Below are positions 22,865 to 31,064 of a stretch of DNA of 64,000 nt, one piece after another. Below the pieces are notes generated by a model. The model was given only the letters and a program-made list of their open reading frames with translations. It was not told the DNA's origin and did no database searches. The stretch covers positions 1-64,000 of the IMG/VR virus record IMGVR_UViG_3300035034_002381, one strand, 5' to 3'. The translations under genes were made by a program, and so were the position numbers. The number at the start of each line of letters is the position of its first letter. Positions within the stretch are counted from its first letter, which is position 1. The stretch comes from a virus (lineage: Duplodnaviria; Heunggongvirae; Uroviricota; Caudoviricetes).

Positions 22865-22869
22865 ATGTT

Positions 22870-22898
22870 TAAAACTTATATTAATCTTAGATATATAA
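22870..22898 (+). promoter_or_regulatory. TAAAACTT ... CTTAGATATATAAA promoter-like motif
   Basis: near-identical to 6528-6556. Confidence 0.55.
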
Positions 22899-22918
22899 AC
22901 TACATATAATCAAATAAT

Positions 22919-23111
22919 ATGAAGACATTTAATGAATACGAACAAATCAATGAATCTGGTAATTAAAACTGCACAAAAAATTCAAATAGATCTTAAGAAA
23001 TTTCTTGAAGATGTAGTAATACCAGCATCTAATGGATATGTTAGAAATGAAGGTGATGCAGCTTTATTGTTATACGATATACTTGCACAAAAATATGATA
23101 TTACAACATAG
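22919..23111 (+). pseudogene. frame-split CTS-family gene (MKTFNEYEQINES...)
   Basis: 15-codon ORF with a CTS-like start, then a 53-codon ORF (MNLVIKTAQ...) overlapping it in another frame. Confidence 0.35.
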
Positions 23112-23235
23112 ACGCTATGAATGACGACGAAAAAATATAGTTTAAGTTCCAAATTATAGATTTAGTTAAGAAAAATCCCAACAATGAAAAACTGGGTGAA
23201 AAGATTAGATCTTTTACTAAAAATATGATATAAAG

Positions 23236-23484
23236 ATGAAAAACATAAAAGATTTTGGTGAGTTTAAATTAAATGAAAAAAGAAATGAGGCACTGAAAAA
23301 GGTTAAAACATCTTCGACTGTGCTAGATAATTTTGTTATGGATGTATTAAAAACTCAAAAGCTTTATCAAAACGAAATTCCTAAGCTACTTGCTAATGAT
23401 AAAGAATTAATAACTGAATTCAAAGAAGGTCGACAAGCATTTAATGATCTTCGAATATTAAATGATATGCTTGCAAAGAAATAA
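23236..23484 (+). CDS. CTS-leader small protein (MKNIKDFGEFKLNE)
   Basis: 82-aa ORF. Confidence 0.65.
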   Translation: MKNIKDFGEFKLNEKRNEALKKVKTSSTVLDNFVMDVLKTQKLYQNEIPKLLANDKELITEFKEGRQAFNDLRILNDMLAKK

Positions 23485-23492
23485 ATAATACA

Positions 23493-23702
23493 ATGAAAAA
23501 CTTAAAAACATTTGAACAGTTTGTAACTGATAAGCTAATGGAAGGTGCAATGTCTGATATACATCTTATGGCTAAAAATTCTAAAACTATAGAAAATTTT
23601 ATAAAAGCTTTTTATAAAAAATACGATAATAAAGTCAAGAAGGGAAAAAGCACTGATGAATGGATAATCAGTCTATATAATGATATGGAATCAAAAACAT
23701 AA
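23493..23702 (+). CDS. CTS-leader small protein (MKNLKTFEQFVTD)
   Basis: 69-aa ORF; its first 30 nt are nearly identical to those of 23712. Confidence 0.65.
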   Translation: MKNLKTFEQFVTDKLMEGAMSDIHLMAKNSKTIENFIKAFYKKYDNKVKKGKSTDEWIISLYNDMESKT

Positions 23703-23711
23703 ATACCACTA

Positions 23712-24743
23712 ATGAAAAATTTAAAAACATTTGAACAATTTGAACTAGAAAATCTTAATGAGAAAGTGGGTTATAATCAAATTTCACACAAAAATAAAAG
23801 TTTTGTAGTTTATAATCATAAAGGAATTGAAGATTTATCTAAAAAATATAAAATTGTCAACCTAAAGAATTCTGTAGGACCTGATATAGAATTTCCTGCA
23901 ATAGCAGAATTAGATAATAATAAACCTTTTATTAGAAACATCTATAGACATGAGCTTGATAAATTAGAAAAAGGAATCTTTTTCGAATCCCATAATTTAG
24001 ACAAAGATGCTAAACTTTTTGAATCTGGAGCGATAACTAAAATTTTGACAGATGCAGGATTTATCAGTTTTGAAGACTCTGATGAATATGATTATGATAT
24101 AGGAATAGGTGGAGTAATTAACACTGTTGATCCAGGTATAGCTAAAGATATAGCAGATGAATTAAATGATAATGGTATATCTGCGAAAGCAAAAAGAGAT
24201 ACTGTAATTGTTGAATCTGTGAATGAGGGAATTTACGCTGATAAACTCGCAAAAGGATTATGGGATGGTGACATGGATTTTTCCGATTTAAGTAAAAGTG
24301 AACAAGACTTAATCGACAAGTTCGTCAAAAGAAATCTTGGTATCTTTAAAGACGAAAGATTTGAGATTCCCTTTCCTGATGAAGCTGCTGACACTGGAGA
24401 GTTTTGGGATGAAATTCAAAAAGATAAAGATTACTCAAAATTTGCAAAGGCTGTTAAAAAAGCAAGTTTGGGTGAAATTGAGTTTGTGAACGAATCTATT
24501 AATCAGATTCCTGGAGAAATACAATTTAATGTTGAACCACATACGTTTCTTAAAGATCCTAGAGAACTAGACAAAGCAGTAGCTGAAGTTGATAAATATT
24601 TAGCGGGCGGTAAAGAAAACATTGGCGGATTTATGATAGATCGATATTTAAAAGATTCTTTTGATCTTGATGCGTTTATTGACTCTGTGCATTTACATTA
24701 CCCTAGACCAATGATTCCTGAAATTCAATCCAAGAATCTATGA
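23712..24743 (+). CDS. CTS-leader protein (MKNLKTFEQFELEN)
   Basis: 343-aa acidic ORF. Confidence 0.75.
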   Translation: MKNLKTFEQFELENLNEKVGYNQISHKNKSFVVYNHKGIEDLSKKYKIVNLKNSVGPDIEFPAIAELDNNKPFIRNIYRHELDKLEKGIFFESHNLDKDAKLFESGAITKILTDAGFISFEDSDEYDYDIGIGGVINTVDPGIAKDIADELNDNGISAKAKRDTVIVESVNEGIYADKLAKGLWDGDMDFSDLSKSEQDLIDKFVKRNLGIFKDERFEIPFPDEAADTGEFWDEIQKDKDYSKFAKAVKKASLGEIEFVNESINQIPGEIQFNVEPHTFLKDPRELDKAVAEVDKYLAGGKENIGGFMIDRYLKDSFDLDAFIDSVHLHYPRPMIPEIQSKNL

Positions 24744-24937
24744 ATGAAGCTAGTCATAAAAATGATTTTCTTGATTTTTTCCGAGTTCCTGATTCTAAAA
24801 GGTTAAAATTTGCAATTTATAAATTTGATGGTAATGACGATATGGATGATTTATTTGATGATCTTAAACCTTATGCATCGACAGTTGATGAGGTTAGAAA
24901 CTATTATGAAATAGCAACAAAAACACGCGATAATTAA
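24740..24937 (+). CDS. small acidic hypothetical protein
   Basis: 65-aa ORF, ATGA overlap. Confidence 0.55.
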   Translation: MNEASHKNDFLDFFRVPDSKRLKFAIYKFDGNDDMDDLFDDLKPYASTVDEVRNYYEIATKTRDN

Positions 24938-25806
24938 TGAACTTTAAAACATATTCACATCTGAAGGAAATTCTTCATGAAAGTGAAAATTATCAAGAAG
25001 TAATACATGAAGCTTTTGAATGGATTGAGGATGATTCTATTTTTGAGGCATACGCGTGGGCTTTTATTAAAAGCCCTGTTAAAGTGACTAAAATGTTTAC
25101 TAATCAAAATAAGCTTACAAAATCTTTAATTAGTCAGGCTGTTATTGATATTGATCTACAGAATCGTAAAGAAGCTGCTAAAAAAATATCTGACCCACAG
25201 AAAGCCAAAAACCAGAGAGAAAAACTCCAACAAGCTCATGACATAAAGAAAAAGGGTTTATCCGATAAAATCAGTGGTATAAAACAAAGAATTGATGATT
25301 TAGCTGGTAGTGATTCTAAACTTCAAGAATTGGCTTCAAATTTAAAAACTAAATCTGGATTAGCTGCTGCAGAGAAATTAATTAAGGCAGCTGATGGGGC
25401 AGAACAGAAAGAATTACAAATTAAGATTAGAAAAAGTAAAGAAAAACTTTCGAGACAAGAAAACATTTTTAAAGAATATGAGTCTAATCTTTCTACTGAG
25501 GATAAAGCTAAAGGTCAAGAACAAGCTAAAACTGCTAAATCTGAAGACGATGGAAAATCTGATTCTACTAAAAAGGATGCAGAGTCTTCTATTGAGGAAA
25601 AAATCGAGGCGGAAAAGGATGCAATTAACGATTTAGTTAGAGAATTTAATGGGAAGAAAAAGAAAATTGCAGAAGCTAGAAAAAGATCGCATATTACACA
25701 AGCAAAATTTGATGAGTTAATGAAAAATCTCATGAAAGAAGGTCACCAAGAAAAAATTGATGTTCATAAAAAGAACATTATAGATTTAAAAAAGAATAGC
25801 AAATAA
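24937..25806 (+). CDS. Lys/Glu-rich coiled-coil protein (weak CTS-like start MNFKTYSHLKEILHE)
   Basis: 289-aa ORF, TAATG overlap. Confidence 0.7.
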   Translation: MNFKTYSHLKEILHESENYQEVIHEAFEWIEDDSIFEAYAWAFIKSPVKVTKMFTNQNKLTKSLISQAVIDIDLQNRKEAAKKISDPQKAKNQREKLQQAHDIKKKGLSDKISGIKQRIDDLAGSDSKLQELASNLKTKSGLAAAEKLIKAADGAEQKELQIKIRKSKEKLSRQENIFKEYESNLSTEDKAKGQEQAKTAKSEDDGKSDSTKKDAESSIEEKIEAEKDAINDLVREFNGKKKKIAEARKRSHITQAKFDELMKNLMKEGHQEKIDVHKKNIIDLKKNSK

Positions 25807-26081
25807 TGAAAAAGGCAAGAACATTTACAGAATTTAATGAGTCTATATCAAACGAAGAAGAACTAAATGAAGCAGTCGATGTATTTATCGCAATTGCTGA
25901 AGCTTTAGACGTAAGTTTAGATGTCGCAAAAATGATAGTAGCTTTGGCAGGAGTCACCGGAACAGTAACTTTCGCAGCAGCAATGACAAAAATCCAAGAT
26001 GTATTGGCAAAGAAAAATCCTAAATTATCTAAGAAATTAGGTGATATTACAAAAGGAGCAAATAACGCGAGAACACAATAG
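25806..26081 (+). CDS. CTS-leader small protein (MKKARTFTEFNES)
   Basis: 91-aa ORF with a hydrophobic central segment. Confidence 0.6.
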   Translation: MKKARTFTEFNESISNEEELNEAVDVFIAIAEALDVSLDVAKMIVALAGVTGTVTFAAAMTKIQDVLAKKNPKLSKKLGDITKGANNARTQ

Positions 26082-26085
26082 AAAT

Positions 26086-26505
26086 ATGGATGATATTAGC
26101 AATGGAGGTGGAATTCTCCAAAAAACAAAGATACTTACAGTAACAAATAAGATTGGTTATGCCAAGAATTCTGAGGGTGTGACTTCTGTATTTGCTAATA
26201 CTGATATTGGAGCAGGCGATCTTATCGAGGTTGCGACCCTTCTAGAAGTTTCAGATATGGTGATGACAAATAGAGAAATTGCTGATCATGTTTTTACAGT
26301 AAATCCAGAAAGTAAACAATATGCGATCGGTTTAGGATTTGCTTGTTTATATCAACATAACGATAAACCTAACGCCGAGTGGAATATACCTAGCGATAAA
26401 AAGGAAATCAGATTTACTGCTAAAGACGACATAAAAAAATCTGAAGAAATCACAATTTCATACGGAAAGAATTATTTCCTAAGTAGAGAAAAGAAAGAGG
26501 AATAA
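26086..26505 (+). CDS. SET-domain protein (putative protein lysine methyltransferase)
   Basis: FACLYQHNDKPNAEW resembles the NHSxxPN motif and EEITISYGKNYF the ELtxdYg motif; start moved to the ATG at 26086 because the track start at 26041 is GTG and overlaps the previous gene. Confidence 0.55.
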   Translation: MDDISNGGGILQKTKILTVTNKIGYAKNSEGVTSVFANTDIGAGDLIEVATLLEVSDMVMTNREIADHVFTVNPESKQYAIGLGFACLYQHNDKPNAEWNIPSDKKEIRFTAKDDIKKSEEITISYGKNYFLSREKKEE

Positions 26506-26562
26506 ATTTTGGAATAAGCTAAAACATTTGAGGCTTTCATGAATATAAACTAAAAGATATTC

Positions 26563-26973
26563 ATGAAAGCCTTTACTTATGTTATAGATATTGATGACAC
26601 TATCAATATTACCGATAGAGATGAAAATAATATAGGACTGTATTCTCAGTCTCGGCCGATACTTAAAGTTATCAATAAAATTCGAAGACTTAAAAAAGAA
26701 GGCCACAAAATCATACTTTTTACTGCTAGAGGTATGCGTACATTTAATAATGATGTCAAAAAAATCGAAGATTTTCATAGAGAAACACTCGTTAAATGGT
26801 TAAATGACCATGAAGTCCCTTATGACGAACTACAGTTCGGTAAACCATGGGGCCCCCATGTAATATATGTCGATGATCGTGCTGTTACTATTAACCAATT
26901 TGTTTTGGGTGGTCCCGAAAATCACAGAAGTTATACACACATTAACAAAACAGTTATAAATGATGAATTATAA
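26563..26973 (+). CDS. HAD-superfamily phosphatase
   Basis: motif I VIDIDDTI, motif II ILFTARG, motif III/IV K...YVDDR. Confidence 0.65.
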   Translation: MKAFTYVIDIDDTINITDRDENNIGLYSQSRPILKVINKIRRLKKEGHKIILFTARGMRTFNNDVKKIEDFHRETLVKWLNDHEVPYDELQFGKPWGPHVIYVDDRAVTINQFVLGGPENHRSYTHINKTVINDEL

Positions 26974-28660
26974 AGTAATTATTCCCGCGGCAGGGAAGGC
27001 ATCAAGACTCAAGCCTTTATCTTCTTCAATGTCAAAATCAATGGTGCCAGTAAATGGTAAACCAATAATTTCATATATTCTTGATCAACTGTTTGAACTA
27101 GGAAATCCATTTCAAATAGTTATTGTTGAAAATGAGCTCGGTGATATTCAAGATTTTGTTAAAAACGCATATCCAAATTATTATGAAGAATCCCGTATTC
27201 TTTTTGCAACTCAAAAAGAAAGGTTAGGTCCTTTGCATGCTATTGAAATTGGTGCAAATAGGTTTCCGGAAAATGATAACATGCCAATTATGGTTTGGCT
27301 CGGAGATACAATCTGTTTGGAAATGGGTGAGTTGCCAGTTAATGAATCTTTATTAATTACATCGCCTGTCGCCGATTATAAAAGATGGTGTTTAGTAGAT
27401 AACGAGAATGTCTTCTATGATAAACCAGATAACAAACCAAGCACTAACCAAGCTTTAATAGGTATATATTATTTCCATGATTTTAAGGCCTTCTACGAGG
27501 CCCTAGATAAGGGAATGCAAGCTCCTATGATTAAAGATGAACATCAAATATCGGCTTTATTAGAAGCATATAAAAAACAACATATATTCAAAATCAGAAA
27601 AACTGATGAATGGTTTGATTGTGGTGAGTTACATACATTTTATGAATCTAAAGCAAGACTTCTTGGAAGATCTGCCAGGTCATTTAATAGTCTAGAAGTA
27701 AATACATTCCATAACACAATTACTAAATCTTCATTAACATTCGAAGGTAAACTGAAAATTGAGAATGAAAAAAATTGGTATTTAGGTTTACCTGAGAATA
27801 TTCAGATTCTCACACCTAGAGTATTAAAATCAAATTCAGGTACGCTAGTTATGTCGCAAGAACCTGGAACACCTCTTAATGAAATGTGGCTTTATGAGGA
27901 TTTGACTGATGATACATGGAAAAGAATAATTGATAAAACGTTACTTATACACAATAAAATTTTCTATCAATCTAGATATATTCCTAAATCTTCTAAATTA
28001 GATAGATTTGCTGCAAGAAAGGAAATGTATCTGACTAAAAATATTGACAGATTGACAGAAATTTCATTCCTGCCTTTTGCACAGAAAAATATAAAAATGA
28101 TTCGAGATTTTGTGCGGGTTACTGGTGAATTATTAATTGAAGATGAAGGTCGTTGGTCGCCACATTTTCATGGAGATTCTCACATGGGTAATATTTTATT
28201 TGAACCTTTACAGGGAAGTATGAAATTTTTGGATCCACGTGGAAAGTTTGGAAATATCGTAGGCATTGAGGGCGATATGTATTATGATATGGCTAAAATT
28301 GCGCAAGATTTTCTTTTACGCTATCCTGAAATTTTATCTGGTCATTATCATTTTAGTGGAGATAATTTTGACCAGCTTGAATTTTATAGAAATGACGAGA
28401 GATCTAAAACTATGCTAAAACATTTCAGAAAAAGAATTGGTGAATATGGTTATATTCCTAATCTTGTTTTAATGTTAGCAACTGTGCTTATCATAACTTG
28501 TATACCTTTTCATAAAGACGATCCAGAAAGACAAAAAGCATTTTGGTATATGGCAGTAAATGTTATTAAAGAAAGAGGGTGGAATATCCAACTCGAAGAT
28601 CATCTCAAAAAACAAAAATTACAATTATCAGACAAGATACATAATCTATACAACTTATAA
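26960..28660 (+). CDS. bifunctional nucleotidylyltransferase (N-terminal) / APH-fold small-molecule kinase (C-terminal): LicC-LicA-like or MurU-AmgK-like
   Basis: N-terminal IIPAAGKASRLKPLS...KSMVPVNGKPII is an NTP-transferase signature; C-terminal HGDSHMGN (H-x-D-x4-N), FLDPRG and GDMYYDMAKI resemble choline/aminoglycoside kinase motifs. Confidence 0.65.
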   Translation: MMNYKVIIPAAGKASRLKPLSSSMSKSMVPVNGKPIISYILDQLFELGNPFQIVIVENELGDIQDFVKNAYPNYYEESRILFATQKERLGPLHAIEIGANRFPENDNMPIMVWLGDTICLEMGELPVNESLLITSPVADYKRWCLVDNENVFYDKPDNKPSTNQALIGIYYFHDFKAFYEALDKGMQAPMIKDEHQISALLEAYKKQHIFKIRKTDEWFDCGELHTFYESKARLLGRSARSFNSLEVNTFHNTITKSSLTFEGKLKIENEKNWYLGLPENIQILTPRVLKSNSGTLVMSQEPGTPLNEMWLYEDLTDDTWKRIIDKTLLIHNKIFYQSRYIPKSSKLDRFAARKEMYLTKNIDRLTEISFLPFAQKNIKMIRDFVRVTGELLIEDEGRWSPHFHGDSHMGNILFEPLQGSMKFLDPRGKFGNIVGIEGDMYYDMAKIAQDFLLRYPEILSGHYHFSGDNFDQLEFYRNDERSKTMLKHFRKRIGEYGYIPNLVLMLATVLIITCIPFHKDDPERQKAFWYMAVNVIKERGWNIQLEDHLKKQKLQLSDKIHNLYNL

Positions 28661-28670
28661 AAAACATACT

Positions 28671-28949
28671 ATGAGCAAAGATTTAGAAAAAGCTAGTGAG
28701 ACACTAGAAGAAACATTGACAGATATCCAAAAGGTGGCAGCTGCTAATTTTTATGATATTGTACAAATTAGTTTAGCCGATAAAGAAGGTAAAGTAGTTG
28801 GTAAAGCTTCTATGAAATATGAAGATATTTTAGCAATGACTAAGATGCATACACAAGATTCTTCACACGTTGTAGGAATGTTATTTCATGCAGTCGAATC
28901 AGAAACTCGTAACAAATTACGAGAAGAAAAAGAAAATGAAGCCAAATGA
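28671..28949 (+). CDS. hypothetical protein
   Basis: start trimmed to MSKDLEK to avoid a 100-nt overlap with the previous gene. Confidence 0.55.
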   Translation: MSKDLEKASETLEETLTDIQKVAAANFYDIVQISLADKEGKVVGKASMKYEDILAMTKMHTQDSSHVVGMLFHAVESETRNKLREEKENEAK

Positions 28950-29134
28950 TTTTTAAAGTAAGAGTAGAAGAAAAGAGCATAGAAGATGTTATAGAACTTA
29001 TTGAAACAGGAGAAGGGAAAAAAGGTCTCCAATTTGATCTATATAATGAAAAACCATATTTTTCACATGTAGAAATTTTCGTTAATACTGATGATTTCTA
29101 CACATTAAAGGATTATTTAAATGAACAAACCTAA
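28946..29134 (+). CDS. small hypothetical protein
   Basis: 62-aa ORF, ATGA overlap. Confidence 0.5.
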   Translation: MIFKVRVEEKSIEDVIELIETGEGKKGLQFDLYNEKPYFSHVEIFVNTDDFYTLKDYLNEQT

Positions 29135-31064
29135 GACTATATGTCTTGTTATGATTGTAAAAAATGAGGCAAAAAATTTACCTCGTTGTTTTTCTACGAT
29201 CAAACATATTATTGATTATTGGGTAATTGTTGATACTGGTTCAACTGATAACACACAGGAAGTTATACAGAAAGAGTTAGCCGATATTCCTGGTGTATTA
29301 ATGGAAAGACCGTGGGTCAATTTTGGTCATAATAGATCCGAATCTTTGGCTTTTGCTAAAAACAGAGCAGATTATCTTTTGCTTTGTGATGCTGATGAAC
29401 AAATTATACCTACACACAATTTTGACAAATCTGAGTTGACTCTTGATCAATATCATTTAAGATATAATGGGAGCTTAGATTATATGGTTCCTTATCTTAT
29501 TAAGTCTAATTTGGCTTGGAGATTTGTAGGAGTTACCCATGAATTTTTGACAGCAAGTGACACAAAATCTTCAGGTGAGATTAAAAGCCTTTCAATTAAA
29601 GATTGGGGAGATGGTGGAGCAAAATCTGATAAATTTGAAAGAGACATTAAATTGCTCGAACAAGGTTTGATTGATGAACCGAAGAATGTTAGGTATATGT
29701 TTTATCTAGCAAATTCTTATAAGAATACTAAGGATTTTGATAACGCAATCAAATGGTATAAAAAACGTATCGATGCAGGGGGTTGGATAGAAGAAGTTAC
29801 ATGTTCATATGAATATATGGGAGGATGTTATCAGCAGAAAAATGACCACGGGAATGCGATTAAAACATGGATAGATGGTTATGAATTTAATCCTTCTCGT
29901 GCTGAGTGTTTATATGAGGCAGGTAAATTACTTCGTGAAGAAAATAAGAATAGAATAGCTTACGAATTTTTACAAAAGGCTAAAGAAATTCCATATCCTA
30001 CTAACGATAGATTATTTATCAAAAGAGATGTTTATGAATATTTGATAGATTATGAACTGACTATTTGTGCATATTATGTTAAACCAGAATATGATATGAC
30101 CGAGACATTTAAAAGGCTAATCTTTTGGCCAAGTCATTTACAACAAAACATTATACAAAATTTTAAGTTTTGGGCTAAAGATTTGAATACACTTATAGGT
30201 CAAGAGGAAAGTATGATCTTGGCTAAAGATTTGATTAGTAATGATTTGGTTGAGGGTTTTACACCTAGTTCCCCATCAATTCTTTTTCATAAAAATCGCA
30301 AGTACATAAATGTGCGCCAAGTATCATATAAAATTGACGAAAATGGTAAGTATTTAGATCGTGCAAGTGGAGGTCATTGTAAACATGTGAATACAATTAA
30401 CACAATGTATTGGACTGATGGACCCTCATATGACACGGAAAATTTTAAACCCAATGATATTTCTACTAAACATGTGAATGGTATTGAAGATCTAAAACTA
30501 TATACACACAATGGAGTAATCAAATACACTGGGACAAAATGGTTGGATTATAACAAAATTTCTATAGTTATTGGTGAGTATACTAAAGAAGGTCTAGATA
30601 ATTATGCTATTCTAGAGTCTCCAGAAGGAAGGAATGTTGAAAAAAATTGGGTACCGTTTGGATTAGATAATGAAGAACTTTTTGTATATGATTGGAATCC
30701 AATAAAAATTGGAAGAATCAAAAATAATAAACTAGTAATCAAAAATTTAAAAACTAGTTTTCCTAACTTGCGTGGATCAGCTCCTGGTAAACTTATTGGA
30801 GATCATATCTATTTTTTATGTCATTTTGTAGAATATTCTACACCAAGAATTTACTATCATATCTTCATTAAAATGCATAAAGATAATTGGGAAAAAATCG
30901 AGATTTCTAAACCGTTTGTTTTTGAAAAACCACAAATAGAATATTCAGTAGGATTTGATTATAATATTAAGACTGATGATATACATATTGCATATAGTGT
31001 AAATGATTCGAATGCAAGAATCAAATCTTATTCACAAACACAATTTCAAAAACTTTTTACTTAA
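29121..31064 (+). CDS. GT2-family glycosyltransferase with TPR region and large C-terminal domain
   Basis: ICLVMIVKNEAKNLPRC...VIVDTGSTDNT...LLLCDADE is the GT2 (SpsA-like) pattern; TPR-like YMFYLANSYKNTKDFDNAIKWYKKRI. Confidence 0.65.
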   Translation: MNKPKTICLVMIVKNEAKNLPRCFSTIKHIIDYWVIVDTGSTDNTQEVIQKELADIPGVLMERPWVNFGHNRSESLAFAKNRADYLLLCDADEQIIPTHNFDKSELTLDQYHLRYNGSLDYMVPYLIKSNLAWRFVGVTHEFLTASDTKSSGEIKSLSIKDWGDGGAKSDKFERDIKLLEQGLIDEPKNVRYMFYLANSYKNTKDFDNAIKWYKKRIDAGGWIEEVTCSYEYMGGCYQQKNDHGNAIKTWIDGYEFNPSRAECLYEAGKLLREENKNRIAYEFLQKAKEIPYPTNDRLFIKRDVYEYLIDYELTICAYYVKPEYDMTETFKRLIFWPSHLQQNIIQNFKFWAKDLNTLIGQEESMILAKDLISNDLVEGFTPSSPSILFHKNRKYINVRQVSYKIDENGKYLDRASGGHCKHVNTINTMYWTDGPSYDTENFKPNDISTKHVNGIEDLKLYTHNGVIKYTGTKWLDYNKISIVIGEYTKEGLDNYAILESPEGRNVEKNWVPFGLDNEELFVYDWNPIKIGRIKNNKLVIKNLKTSFPNLRGSAPGKLIGDHIYFLCHFVEYSTPRIYYHIFIKMHKDNWEKIEISKPFVFEKPQIEYSVGFDYNIKTDDIHIAYSVNDSNARIKSYSQTQFQKLFT

